35,942 nucleotides of DNA from positions 1 to 35,942 of IMG/VR virus record IMGVR_UViG_3300037785_000022. The stretch is one strand, 5' to 3'. Position 1 is the first letter of the stretch. Each line of letters begins with the position of its first letter. Below the pieces are notes generated by a model. That model had not been told where the DNA came from, ran no database searches, and worked only from the letters and a program-made list of their open reading frames with translations. Source of the stretch: a virus. Taxonomy: Duplodnaviria; Caudoviricetes. This document shows, piece by piece, positions 15,539-25,257 of this stretch. The position numbers were made by a program, and so were the translations under genes.

Positions 15539-16492
15539 TTATGCGCTCGTGGTCAAGTCGTAGCAAGCTCCATGCGCTTCTTCGTTCATGACCTTCAGGC
15601 CGAATTCGGAAATTACCATCCGCTTCTCTGCATCGCCGGTCTTGGCGAGTTCGATCTGCTGGATCGGGCGCAGGTAGCAGACCGATGCGTATTCCGGGTC
15701 CAGAACGAAAGCGTCACGCTCGCGCTGGAAGCGGTTGGGCACAAAGGTCAGGGTGCCGAAGTCCGAGACGTAAACGTCAGCCGCACCGATGATGGTGGTC
15801 GGGCTGTCCGTGGCTGCAACGCGGGTTTCAGCGATACCGGCAAAGCCCGATGCAACGGTCTTGTTGTAGGGACCGGTCATCACGATCGACGGGTTGCCGC
15901 CTGCCGTCCATGCCTGCTGCATGACCGACTTCAGCATGGCCTCGGTGAAGGCGCGCTGCGTGCCGTCAGTGCGTGCGTCAGTGCCGTCGCCGGTAGCAAC
16001 GGTGGCATCGCCAGCTTCGCTGATGTTCGACACGATCCACGAGGGCAGACCAGCGGTCTCGGGGGCCGTGGTCGAGTTGCCTGCAACGCGAGCGTTGTTG
16101 TCCAGCAGCGTGGCCTCGATGTCGCGCTTGAGTTCCTTGCCGCGCTTGGCAAGCTGGTAGGCCAGTTCGCTGTCGCGGCCTGCCTTGTCCACAAACTCAA
16201 GACGATCTTCCAGCACCAGCGTGCGGCGGCGAATGTGGGTGTAGTTGCCCAGACGGGTCGTCGCTGCGGTGGTGTCGAAGGTCGCCACATCGTCGCCCGA
16301 CAAAACGGCAGTGGTCGAGGTCGCCGCGAGGCTGTCGGTCTGCCACTCGAAGAAAGCGTTGGACACGCTCTCCGAACCGACGTTCGACATGAACGGCGTT
16401 TCTTCCGGCGAGATGTTTGCGATGACGTTGGAGAGTTCCTCGCGGATGCCCTTGGCACCATACGTCTGGAACGTGTTGGTAACGATAGCCAT
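15539..16492 (-). CDS. Major capsid protein (DUF5309/SU10-like, HK97 fold)
   Basis: REELSNVIANISPEETPF..EWQTDSL..NYTHI..ELKRDIE..LAKTGDAEK..EFGL. Confidence 0.9.
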   Translation of the reverse strand: MAIVTNTFQTYGAKGIREELSNVIANISPEETPFMSNVGSESVSNAFFEWQTDSLAATSTTAVLSGDDVATFDTTAATTRLGNYTHIRRRTLVLEDRLEFVDKAGRDSELAYQLAKRGKELKRDIEATLLDNNARVAGNSTTAPETAGLPSWIVSNISEAGDATVATGDGTDARTDGTQRAFTEAMLKSVMQQAWTAGGNPSIVMTGPYNKTVASGFAGIAETRVAATDSPTTIIGAADVYVSDFGTLTFVPNRFQRERDAFVLDPEYASVCYLRPIQQIELAKTGDAEKRMVISEFGLKVMNEEAHGACYDLTTSA

Positions 16493-16501
16493 GATTTTAC
16501 C

Positions 16502-17473
16502 TCATAGAAGAGATTTGATGACGTTAGCCGCGTCTGTGACACGACCGGTTTGCTTTAGGCGGTTCTGCGCCTTCTCTACATCTCCGCGCCGACGAGGTTG
16601 TGTGCCTCGGGAACCCGCCTTCATCGGCTTTGGACCCGGCTTTGCCTTGCCCTTGGCTTCTGAAATCTTGGCGCGTCCCTTTTCGAACAGCATGGCGTTT
16701 CGGGCTAGTGCGACGACACCCGCGTGGGTAATGCCGTTCACGTCTTGCTCCGAAAATCCCTTGGTGAGCAGGAATTCCCGAATTTCTGCGGCCTCTTTCT
16801 TGGCCGTCTCGGGGTTTTTCCACTCCGGGATCATCTCGGGCAGTCGGGCCTGTTCTGCCTCTACCTGCTTTGCCATTTGCTCTTGCATCTGACGCTGCCG
16901 GATTTGGCCTAGGCGCTGTTGCTCCGCTTCCACAGCCTGAATTTGTTGTTCACGCTGCTGTTTGACTTCCCGCCATTTACGCTCCAGCTTGATCGCCTCG
17001 GTCGGGTTCTGCTCATACAGTTTGTCCCAATCAGGCTCGGCTTGAAGCTGCTGCTGAAGCTGCTCTCGCATACGCGGCAGAAGTTCCGCGTATTGTGCGC
17101 GTTCTGCGGAAATCTCTTGCTCAAGGGCTTCCACCTGCTTGCGGCGTTCAGCGACCTCTTGCGATTTCCGCGTGTAGTCGGACTGCCGAGAATAGCCTGC
17201 CAGCAATTCGTCGAGGGTAACTTCAATCTCTTCGCCGTTGACCTTTACGGTGTAAACGTCTGGCGTTTCTTCGAGTTCCTCGGCGTCATCGCCTTCGGTG
17301 TCTTCCAGTTCGTCCGCTTCGACCTCGTAACCTTCCGGCTCTTCGGTCTCGGTCGCTTCTTCGACCGGCGCATCCTCACCCGTGGCATTGTCCTCAAGGG
17401 GTGCCATCATGGCCCGGATAGCATCTTGTGCGCTTTGCAGATCGTTCCCCAAGGGGTTGTCGTTGTCTGCCAT
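16502..17473 (-). CDS. Scaffolding protein
   Basis: Acidic N-terminus, YTVKVNGEEIEVTLDEL..YSRQSDYTRKSQ and coiled coil; precedes the capsid gene. Confidence 0.85.
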   Translation of the reverse strand: MADNDNPLGNDLQSAQDAIRAMMAPLEDNATGEDAPVEEATETEEPEGYEVEADELEDTEGDDAEELEETPDVYTVKVNGEEIEVTLDELLAGYSRQSDYTRKSQEVAERRKQVEALEQEISAERAQYAELLPRMREQLQQQLQAEPDWDKLYEQNPTEAIKLERKWREVKQQREQQIQAVEAEQQRLGQIRQRQMQEQMAKQVEAEQARLPEMIPEWKNPETAKKEAAEIREFLLTKGFSEQDVNGITHAGVVALARNAMLFEKGRAKISEAKGKAKPGPKPMKAGSRGTQPRRRGDVEKAQNRLKQTGRVTDAANVIKSLL

Positions 17474-17490
17474 TGCTTAGGCTCCATATA

Positions 17491-17739
17491 TCACTTTGCG
17501 CCCTTTTCCGCAATAATTCCCGCATCAACCCAGATGCGGAGGCGGCGGCGGAGCGCAGTCACGCCGTAAAGTTCAGCTTGAAGGCGCATGACCTCTTCAA
17601 CATCGCCCAATTCACTGGACGCCAAGCCGTCAAAAACCTGCTGTTCAACCTCTGCAAAAACACGTTGCAAGGTTTCATCGCGCAAAAGCCGGTCAGCCTC
17701 ACGAGCGTCGTTGATTTGCTGTTCCTTGGTCTTCGCCAC
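17491..17739 (-). CDS. Small conserved protein between portal and scaffold
   Basis: GTG start with GGAGG RBS; helical sequence. Confidence 0.75.
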   Translation of the reverse strand: MAKTKEQQINDAREADRLLRDETLQRVFAEVEQQVFDGLASSELGDVEEVMRLQAELYGVTALRRRLRIWVDAGIIAEKGAK

Positions 17740-19822
17740 GCACGGCCTCCTTCACCATATCGGCTTCTGCTTTCATCACTTGCGTTGCCAATTCGCGCGA
17801 ACGCTTGAGTTGCTCGGCAGTGACCTGCATTTCCTGCTTAGCTTGCAATTCCAGAACCTTGAGCGCGGCGTCAATCTCGGTCTCTTCGCGCTTGCGAGCA
17901 ATCTCGGCCTGCTTGGTCTGCACATCGGCCTGAATTTGCATGATCTGCGCCTGAATGAGCATCTGGTTAACGTCAGGCTCTTCCGGCTGCGGCGGAGGCG
18001 GCTGGAAGTCGGCAGGATCAGACCAGAACTGCGAGGTGTCCTTGAACCCGGCAAGGTTCGTCATCTCGGCCAGCGTGTTATACAGCTTCCGCAGGTCGGT
18101 CAGCGGGTTGATCGGCCCAAGCTGCGCCAGAGCCTCTTTCTGCATGTTGCCGATCTGCGTGAGCATCGCCATGCGCGCCTGATCGGTGCCACGGCCAAGA
18201 GCGACGTTGACCATCACGTCCATGCCGCTATCCCAGCCGCGCGGGTCAAGCTGCACAAACTCGTTCGTCAGGCGCACCATCCGGGCTTGGTCTTGGTGCT
18301 GCACCACAAGCCGCAGGATGCCTTTGAACAGGTCTTTCATGCCGGTCTCGGCAAACAGGCGGGCAATCATCTCTGTGTGCTGCTGTGCGGCCATCACAGT
18401 GGCGTTCACGCCCGTTGCGGTGGAGTTGGTCAGCGCGTCGGGGTCGAGGCCCTGAGAGGCCGCAGAAATGCCCGTGCGGCTTTCCTTGATGCGGTCCATG
18501 TATTCCAGAACCGGGAAAGAGGCTTGGCCGACAAAGGGCATCGTGAGCGGCTGCACAGCGTTAGGCTGGCGCATACGGATGATTGCGCCATTCTCGGTGT
18601 TCATCACGTCTTCGATAGAAGCTTGGCCCTCAACAACCGCCATGCGCGGGTTGATCGACTGCGCGAGGCTGTCCAGCGTGTTGCGCATGACAACCGACTT
18701 GATGCGCTGAATGTCCATCACGGTGTCAGCGATAGACATGCCGAAGAAGTCATGCGGTTCGGGGTCAGGGCAGAACGCCGCGAAAGGCGCGTGGTCGCAC
18801 GGCTCATCGCTCAGGATTTTGTTGCCGACGCCAGCAACGCAGACCTTGCGCAACTCGGCCACACCGTCGCCGTCACGATCCACGCGGATGTAAGCCTCGA
18901 TGTAGCTGACCTTGCGCATGGCAGGGTCGGAGCGGTCGCCGCGATTGTCCACCAGCGCCGGGTTGCGAGTGTATCGCTCGACGTTGGTGTCTAGTTCGTC
19001 GGTGTCGGTCGCCAGCTTGGACACTTCGTCGTAGTCGTAGCCCATCGCCACGAGGTCCGAGACAGTCACAACGCGGCGGTGGCCGACGAAATCGGCATCG
19101 TTGATCGACTTGGCGCGGCGGTCAATCAGGAACTCTTCGGGCGGGAGAGCCTCAATCTTCACGCGGCCTTTCGGCAGGCGGCGGGTAACACGCACGTCAT
19201 GCAGGACCGGCACGGGAATGCCCATCTCCGCTGCACCCGGCGGCAGGATTTCTGGGGCCTCATAGCTGCGCTGCATGTCGATCTGCACAAGCGGGTCTGC
19301 CGAGAGGGTGGCGAGCGCGGCGTCGTCAAGGCCGGTCATCTCGCTAGTCTCGGTGTCGAAGCTTTCGTCCCAGTAGAACTTGATGATGCCAGCCTTGCGG
19401 ATCAGCGCATCCTTAAACGCGCTGTGCAGGACCATGAACCCGTCATTGTCGCGGTTGAAGATGTAGTTAACATACTCGGTCGCCTGCTCGGCCATCGGCA
19501 CGTCTTCGGGGTTGCGCGGGTTGAACTCCACCACATAGTCCGAGGCGGTAAAGATGCGCATGAGGCTGGGGAGGATAGCCTGCACCGTGTCCCGCACGTC
19601 ATAGCTGACGACCTGCGAGCGGCCATCTTCCTCGTCACCGAAGGGCAGGCCGCGATAGTATTCCGTAGCCTTGGCGCGGATGGGCGAGACCACGTTGTCG
19701 ATAAAGTCTACCGCGTCGTCAATCTCATTGCCGACGATGCCTTGCAGTTCGTCTTCATCCATCCAGTCGGGATTGATGAGCGCGTTGACCTCGTTGGTCA
19801 GATCGTTGTCATCGGGATACAT
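17699..19822 (-). CDS. Portal protein (P22-like, with C-terminal helical barrel)
   Basis: YYRG..GRSQVVS.DV.DTV..LPSLMRIF..FKDAL..K.G..P.PH.F.G.S; Gln-rich tail. Start moved to MYPDDND. Confidence 0.9.
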   Translation of the reverse strand: MYPDDNDLTNEVNALINPDWMDEDELQGIVGNEIDDAVDFIDNVVSPIRAKATEYYRGLPFGDEEDGRSQVVSYDVRDTVQAILPSLMRIFTASDYVVEFNPRNPEDVPMAEQATEYVNYIFNRDNDGFMVLHSAFKDALIRKAGIIKFYWDESFDTETSEMTGLDDAALATLSADPLVQIDMQRSYEAPEILPPGAAEMGIPVPVLHDVRVTRRLPKGRVKIEALPPEEFLIDRRAKSINDADFVGHRRVVTVSDLVAMGYDYDEVSKLATDTDELDTNVERYTRNPALVDNRGDRSDPAMRKVSYIEAYIRVDRDGDGVAELRKVCVAGVGNKILSDEPCDHAPFAAFCPDPEPHDFFGMSIADTVMDIQRIKSVVMRNTLDSLAQSINPRMAVVEGQASIEDVMNTENGAIIRMRQPNAVQPLTMPFVGQASFPVLEYMDRIKESRTGISAASQGLDPDALTNSTATGVNATVMAAQQHTEMIARLFAETGMKDLFKGILRLVVQHQDQARMVRLTNEFVQLDPRGWDSGMDVMVNVALGRGTDQARMAMLTQIGNMQKEALAQLGPINPLTDLRKLYNTLAEMTNLAGFKDTSQFWSDPADFQPPPPQPEEPDVNQMLIQAQIMQIQADVQTKQAEIARKREETEIDAALKVLELQAKQEMQVTAEQLKRSRELATQVMKAEADMVKEAVRGEDQGTANQRRS

Positions 19823-19878
19823 CGGTGATACTCCTGTGGTCGCGCTGGCGTTCACAGCCACCAACGGAGGCAATCCAT

Positions 19879-20040
19879 ATGGATGATTTGCAACGCGAAA
19901 AAATACTTGGCTTGCTGTGGGAGTGCATGGCTTTGGCTGCTAACGGCGAAGACATCCCAATGTCTGCGCAGCTAAAAGCTGATGAGATTGAGGAAGAAAT
20001 CAACAAACTCATCTTTGAACCTGCCGAAGATAGTTGTTAA
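19879..20040 (+). CDS. 53 aa acidic antisense-oriented protein
   Basis: GGAGG RBS; candidate promoter TTGTCA-17-TACTCC at 19806-19834; 3' end overlaps 20009..21400. Confidence 0.65.
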   Translation: MDDLQREKILGLLWECMALAANGEDIPMSAQLKADEIEEEINKLIFEPAEDSC

Positions 20041-21400
20041 CGTCATCAATCATTTGTTCGTCCACAACCTGCCGGATTGATGGCGTCATCATAAATGCAC
20101 GCTGATCGCTGCTTGTTCTTGCGCCAGCCTCTCTACGGGCGTTGAAAAAATCACGCCAAATGATTTCGCCCGGCACTTGTGAGGGCAAACTTCCAACGTA
20201 TTCACCTTCAATTCTTGCGCCGTATGTCTCATGAACATCGCGCGGCGTTGGGGTAACGCCAGAAGACAAATTTACTTGGCCAAATGTTAAACCGGTGTCA
20301 AATGGCTGCGCGTCCAAAAGCCTTGAATCTGTGATGGCGAGGCGAGCGGCCCCAACATCTGGAAAGCCGTTGTCCCGATATGCAGCTCGATCCATTTCCT
20401 GCCAAAGCAATCTACGGTTAGAACCAGTCATGTTGCCCACATATTCTTGAGCGTTTGGCGACAAAATCCCCGGCCATTCTGGGTCCACGGTGTCACGAAT
20501 GCGCGCATCATACCTTTGCACCATTTCTGGCGACATTTCATTTGCGCGCGACGGACGTATTTGGCCCATAATCGCATCAGACATCATGCGAGAAAAATCG
20601 CCAGCCTGCGCCCCCATTGCCGTATAGGCGAGCGTCGGTTCTTGACCGTATTCATCAGCAATTCGCTCAAGAGCGGTCGCTTTTGTTCGCATGGCGTCAG
20701 GTTCAGATGCCCAAATCCCGCCCGGAGAGCGCATAAAATCAGCACCGCCTTGAAGCGAAACGGGCGCTGACAACTCTTCACCCATGATTGAAGAAAGCAG
20801 CCCGCCTGCGCGAGTTCTGTCGCCGTAAGCAGGAGCCAAAACGCGACCATACAAATCTTCAATAGACACGGTTTGCTGAGGCAGCAAATCTGGGCCACCA
20901 GAAGCAACTCCAAACTCCATTTCCGCCACTGGGCGCTGAAGCTTTACGTTTGACGCTGGGTGGTAAAGGTTTGGGTCTCTAACCCTTCCCCCCATTCCGA
21001 CACTGCCAGCGGGGCGAGAAGCGGCCATACCACCGCCCATGGTCATAAGGGCGGCATCCATAACGTCCATCGGCGTAGCGCCGGGGGCCATTGCCCGTTC
21101 AATCGTCTCGTAGCCCTCACGGGCCATCTGAGCGCCCGTGCCGAGAGGATCAGACAGCAACCCGCTGGCGAAGTCCTGCACACCCGCGCCGAAACGCTCA
21201 CCGGGCGTAACGATGTCGTCGTCGTAGCCGATGATATTGTCGAGCAGGTTATACATCATGCCGCGACGGCCAGCGCCTTGAGCTGGGGCGTTGGCTTGGT
21301 TGTATTGATTGACAAGGAAGTCCGTGCGCTCGGGGTCTAGCTGCAACTCGGCAAGAGCGGCGAGGAACTGGTCGCGGGGGAGGTTCAGCAGCGGTTCCAT
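20009..21400 (-). CDS. 463 aa hypothetical protein, apparently two-part
   Basis: Long ORF coupled to the upstream gene; base composition shifts near 20990. Confidence 0.8.
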   Translation of the reverse strand: MEPLLNLPRDQFLAALAELQLDPERTDFLVNQYNQANAPAQGAGRRGMMYNLLDNIIGYDDDIVTPGERFGAGVQDFASGLLSDPLGTGAQMAREGYETIERAMAPGATPMDVMDAALMTMGGGMAASRPAGSVGMGGRVRDPNLYHPASNVKLQRPVAEMEFGVASGGPDLLPQQTVSIEDLYGRVLAPAYGDRTRAGGLLSSIMGEELSAPVSLQGGADFMRSPGGIWASEPDAMRTKATALERIADEYGQEPTLAYTAMGAQAGDFSRMMSDAIMGQIRPSRANEMSPEMVQRYDARIRDTVDPEWPGILSPNAQEYVGNMTGSNRRLLWQEMDRAAYRDNGFPDVGAARLAITDSRLLDAQPFDTGLTFGQVNLSSGVTPTPRDVHETYGARIEGEYVGSLPSQVPGEIIWRDFFNARREAGARTSSDQRAFMMTPSIRQVVDEQMIDDVNNYLRQVQR

Positions 21401-22335
21401 TAGCGGCCCAGCAGCCCCTGCGATTGAAGCGCGCGGCGCTGCATATCCACGAAATTCCGCACCGCAGAAGCGCGAGCCGGGTCAGGGCCAAGACCCATGC
21501 CCGCGGGGCGTGGCGTCGAAAGCGTGCTGGCGTTAGGCGTGAAGCCCTGCAGCGGCGGAACGCGGCCACTGCCACGGCTGATACCGGGGCGAACCATGCC
21601 AACGTCAGACATGCCTACGTCAACGTAAGGCCGCGGCGCTGCAACCTGACCGCCGAATTGCGTGGGCTGCATCGGTGCGGTTGTCATGCCCATCGGTGCA
21701 GGAACGCCGGGCGTGAAATAGTCAGGGCTTGCCGACATGGGCGCAGGGCGGCCACGGGGCGCATACATGGGCTGCGGCATCGAAGACGGCTGCGCGGCGG
21801 GACGATACGCCGTGCTGGGCGTCGAGACAGGCGGAGGAGCCATGACCGAAGGCGCGTTGCCCATCTGCGCGCGCACCTCCTCAAGCGTCATCTGGGGCTG
21901 CATCTGACGCGATTGAAAGCCAGCGGGGCGAATGCCTGCGCGGTTCATCAAAGCCGACAGCAAGCCACCCTGAAACGTGTTGCCCGATGCGCCCTGACCG
22001 CCGCCGTTAAGCATATCAGCCAGAACGCCGGTTCGCGCGCCGCTTGTCCCCATGACGCCGAACGGGCGGGTTCGCAGCATGTTGCCCAGAAGGCCACCGG
22101 CAACGCCCTGCCGCACGGGGCGAGCCTCATTCAGCGCGCCAAAGCCACGCGAAACCCGATCTTCGCCCGAAAAGCTGCCGAGATTGCCCCCACCACCGCG
22201 CCGGTTGTCTTGGATGCTGTAGCTGTTGAAGCCTCGGTCATTGATGCCGCTCGTAGCCGCGTCAAATGAGCGATACGACACACGGTCGTCGGTCGTGCTT
22301 AGATCGCCGTCATAATCTACGCTGTAACGAGCCAT
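21400..22335 (-). CDS. 311 aa low-complexity Gly/Pro/Met/Arg-rich protein
   Basis: AAGGGG RBS; TAATG coupling to the next gene. Confidence 0.75.
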   Translation of the reverse strand: MARYSVDYDGDLSTTDDRVSYRSFDAATSGINDRGFNSYSIQDNRRGGGGNLGSFSGEDRVSRGFGALNEARPVRQGVAGGLLGNMLRTRPFGVMGTSGARTGVLADMLNGGGQGASGNTFQGGLLSALMNRAGIRPAGFQSRQMQPQMTLEEVRAQMGNAPSVMAPPPVSTPSTAYRPAAQPSSMPQPMYAPRGRPAPMSASPDYFTPGVPAPMGMTTAPMQPTQFGGQVAAPRPYVDVGMSDVGMVRPGISRGSGRVPPLQGFTPNASTLSTPRPAGMGLGPDPARASAVRNFVDMQRRALQSQGLLGR

Positions 22336-22343
22336 GTGCGCCC

Positions 22344-22390
22344 CTTTGCAATTTGCAGCTAACCTAACAGATGCTGCAAACTTTGCAAAG
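22344..22390. promoter_or_regulatory. Long imperfect inverted repeat upstream of the orphan genes
   Basis: CTTTGCAATTTGCAGC-N13-GCTGCAAACTTTGCAAAG. Confidence 0.5.
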
Positions 22391-22468
22391 TGCCATGCTA
22401 CAAGCCCAGCTTGGTAGTTTGTGTGCCGCCCTCGTCATAAGTGTTGAGCATGTATCCGATCAATTGCA

Positions 22469-22717
22469 TCACACAACGCACTCGTTCATCAATTTATCAC
22501 GCATGCAAGCGAGACATCCGAGAAATTTTTTACGCTCGTGATCTGTTTGCGGCCTGCGCTCCACAACCGCAGGTTTGCACAACGCCAAAAGACAAGCCGC
22601 GCGATATTCCGCGTAATCTGTTTGCAGGAATGCGCTTTTTCGATGCACCATCTCCAAAAGCGTTGCGGCATCCGAAAGGCTCATGCCGTTCATGTAATCC
22701 AAGTTGATTGCGGTCAT
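22469..22717 (-). CDS. Hypothetical protein
   Basis: ATGA-coupled to terL; lower GC. Confidence 0.55.
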   Translation of the reverse strand: MTAINLDYMNGMSLSDAATLLEMVHRKSAFLQTDYAEYRAACLLALCKPAVVERRPQTDHERKKFLGCLACMRDKLMNECVV

Positions 22718-24054
22718 ACGACCCCCTTAATGTTTCGGCGCAGCGGCTTTCCCCAATCGGATCGACCGCCATAAGCCAGCGACGTGAAGTCCACGGCCAA
22801 GGTCAGGCACACCGCGTCAGCGCGGTCTGGCGACTTCACGCCGCGCTTTTTCATGCTTTCCTTGCTCTCGACCTGCACCTTGCCGTTGCTGGTGTAGGTG
22901 TAGCGCGGGCCGCTGAGTTCGAGGAATAGCTGGTCGTCCTTGGGAAGCCGCACATCCCGCCCCGCCAGCCAGTCGCGGGTCTTGAACCACAGTTCGCTGC
23001 GAAGGTTCAGGTAGGTCTCGGCAACAGAAGGCCGCTCAGAGACGTTCAGGCCGCGCACAGGCAGGCCAATCTCCCGCAGGCGGTCCACTACCCCCGCGCC
23101 AATGCCGATGCTGTCCACGATGATCTCAACGGGCTGGTGACGCGGCAGGGTCGCTTCCCATTCCAGCTTTACCGCGCCCGCAAGCTGCATCAGGTCCAGC
23201 TTGTTCCAGACCTTGAGCGGGTGAACCACAGAACCTTGGCGCTTGGCAAGCACGCTGCTGTCGTCGCCGTGACGCGCCACGTCCAGCCCCCAGACGACAG
23301 GCGCGGTGTCCGAGGTCTCGATTTCGTTCTTCATCGCGTGGTCAATCAGGTCCACGCCGATAACCGCGTCGTCCTCTGCCGCCTCAAAGCTGCAATAATA
23401 TTCCTGAGCAACTTTACTATCAGACATGCCATCGTCCCGCTCTTGCTGAATTTGGGCCGGTGAAACGATGCCCGTGTCCTCAACAGTCAGGCGCTCGCAA
23501 AACCATTCGTCGCTGTCTGTCGCGCGTTGAAACGTCTTGTATCCGTGATTGCGACCGCGCGGCGTGTAGATAAACAGTGCCCAGCCGCCGTTCTCCAATA
23601 GGATCGGGCGGATGTAGTCCCAAGCCTCTGGATGCGCGATAGACCACTCCGAAAACACCACGCCAATCGGGTTTGAACCCACGAGGCTGTCATAGTTGTC
23701 CGAGCCTGCCATTTGCCAGATGGAGCCGTTGACGGTCTCGATCAGCATCTCCTGACCGTTTTCGCGCTTGCGCACGGCTGGCGGCAGGAACTGGTCAATG
23801 ATGCGACGGCCCTCGCGGTCAATGCCGTTCCACACTGCGCGGCGGGCCTGTAGCTGCTCGGGGAAGAGGTGCCAGTAGGTGCCGACACGCTTGAACATGT
23901 CGCGGGCCGTGAGGTTCAGCGCGCAGCTATCCTTGCCAGCCCGGCGATGCCAGACAGCGCAGCCGCGTTGGAACTGCTTGCCGTGGCCGAAGCTGTTGTA
24001 GAGGTTCCGCTGGTGCGCCCGAGGCGTCCAGTCATTCGGGATCGTGATAGCCAT
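22714..24054 (-). CDS. terL: Terminase large subunit
   Basis: Walker A-like WHRRAGKD, VVFSEW Walker B variant, FIYTPRGRNH coupling motif, nuclease GLDVARHGDD..SPDRADA. Confidence 0.95.
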   Translation of the reverse strand: MAITIPNDWTPRAHQRNLYNSFGHGKQFQRGCAVWHRRAGKDSCALNLTARDMFKRVGTYWHLFPEQLQARRAVWNGIDREGRRIIDQFLPPAVRKRENGQEMLIETVNGSIWQMAGSDNYDSLVGSNPIGVVFSEWSIAHPEAWDYIRPILLENGGWALFIYTPRGRNHGYKTFQRATDSDEWFCERLTVEDTGIVSPAQIQQERDDGMSDSKVAQEYYCSFEAAEDDAVIGVDLIDHAMKNEIETSDTAPVVWGLDVARHGDDSSVLAKRQGSVVHPLKVWNKLDLMQLAGAVKLEWEATLPRHQPVEIIVDSIGIGAGVVDRLREIGLPVRGLNVSERPSVAETYLNLRSELWFKTRDWLAGRDVRLPKDDQLFLELSGPRYTYTSNGKVQVESKESMKKRGVKSPDRADAVCLTLAVDFTSLAYGGRSDWGKPLRRNIKGVV

Positions 24055-24451
24055 CAATCACGCTAATGCTGACGCCGCCTTGATGCTCGACGGTTTGCTT
24101 GTCGCCGTAGGATGCGCGGTTCCACTTGCCGATCAGCCGCAAGCGCGTGTCAATCCTGATGCGTCGGTCTGCCGGATCAAGTTGGTCGTTATCCGCAATG
24201 GTCAGGCATTCCTCCGCAAGCGTGTGCGTGCCTTCTTCCCGTGCGCGGGGAATTGCCTCATCAAGGTCGGGATATTTCTTGCGCCATCTAAGCACGGTTG
24301 CATGGCTTGGCATGTCGTCGTTGCGGCAGATGGACAGCAAAGAACGGCCTTGTGAAAGGCGCTCTAGGATAGCGTCGTGAATTTCTTGCGTGTATCCGTC
24401 TTCTGGCACTTTGGCCTTTGCGGGTTTGCGCTTGTTACTTCCGCTTGCCAC
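24032..24451 (-). CDS. terS: Terminase small subunit, Sf6 gp1-like
   Basis: YTQEIHDAILERLSQGRSLLSIC..MPSHATVLRW..IDTRLRLIGKW..YGDK; start uncertain (GTG at 24451 or 24409). Confidence 0.88.
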   Translation of the reverse strand: MASGSNKRKPAKAKVPEDGYTQEIHDAILERLSQGRSLLSICRNDDMPSHATVLRWRKKYPDLDEAIPRAREEGTHTLAEECLTIADNDQLDPADRRIRIDTRLRLIGKWNRASYGDKQTVEHQGGVSISVIDGYHDPE

Positions 24452-24453
24452 CT

Positions 24454-24756
24454 TTACGGCCTTTCGATTTGCAGGGCATGTAATCTCTCCGCGATGCTTG
24501 TATGTTTCTCGATGAAGATATCCGGCGCAGGCAACTCTGCCCATGCAGCGATAAGACCCATGTCGTAGATGCCATTCCAGTCCGGAACGTATACAACAAC
24601 CTTTCGATACAGTCCGTCGCCGACCGGCTCAAAGTTTACCTTGCGGGAACCTGTGTTCACGCCGATTTCGTATTCCTTGAATATATTGAGAGCAAGGACG
24701 AGCTTCATGTCGTCCGGGATGGGTCCAGTGTTCCACTTGAGTTCATCGCAGGGCAT
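24454..24756 (-). CDS. Hypothetical protein
   Basis: GGAGG RBS before MPCDELKWNTG. Confidence 0.65.
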   Translation of the reverse strand: MPCDELKWNTGPIPDDMKLVLALNIFKEYEIGVNTGSRKVNFEPVGDGLYRKVVVYVPDWNGIYDMGLIAAWAELPAPDIFIEKHTSIAERLHALQIERP

Positions 24757-24818
24757 GGATGCCTCCGTGTGCCTTGTTGCGTGTGGTGGGAATATAATCG
24801 ATTGCGGCCCCACGGTCT

Positions 24819-24922
24819 AGGTGCGCAGGCGTCAGGCAAGGAAGGTCGCCTGTGGGCCTGACCCTGCGCTGCGGTGTTTAGGGGCGAAATGTTGACTGCG
24901 ACCTCCCCGCGAACATCCGCTA
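24819..24922 (-). ncRNA. Candidate structured RNA, copy E1 (two hairpins with complementary loops)
   Basis: Aligns to 25912..26017 with compensatory changes; strand is tentative. Confidence 0.6.
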
Positions 24923-25093
24923 CGCGCCGGACTTGACCAGCCGGTCACGCTCTGCCTCTGCCGCATCAAGCGATGCGCAAAGGTCTTTGATAAGCGTTTC
25001 AATGTCTTTTCTCGGGTCGTTTCGCTTTCCCAAAGATGTTCTCACATATCGGGCCATTTGCGTTGACCCGTCACTGTATGATTTATTGATCAC
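24920..25093 (-). CDS. 57 aa hypothetical protein (not in ORF track)
   Basis: GTG INKSYSDG..DAAEAERDRLVKSGA; coupled to the upstream stop. Confidence 0.55.
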   Translation of the reverse strand: MINKSYSDGSTQMARYVRTSLGKRNDPRKDIETLIKDLCASLDAAEAERDRLVKSGA

Positions 25094-25257
25094 TGTCGTT
25101 GCCCTTGCCTTTGCAGCCGGATCAGGTCGGCCTCCTGCTCGATCACGTCATGCACCAGTCGGGCCGGGTGGCCCTTGGCTATCTCGATCCTGATCCACTG
25201 TTGCAGGCTCATGCGGACGGCCTGTGCGCTGGCGTCGGGGGTCGTGTCGTGGGTCAT
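25090..25257 (-). CDS. MTHDTT-family small protein, paralogue 2
   Basis: Clear full-length similarity to 26588..26788. Confidence 0.7.
   Translation of the reverse strand: MTHDTTPDASAQAVRMSLQQWIRIEIAKGHPARLVHDVIEQEADLIRLQRQGQRQ

Noticed and set aside
17588-18994. 468 aa plus-strand ORF and similar long ORFs (6638..7516, 8930..9742, 15572..16507, 21424..22269)
   Set aside because: These are antisense shadows of well-supported high-GC genes, with no motifs or RBS.
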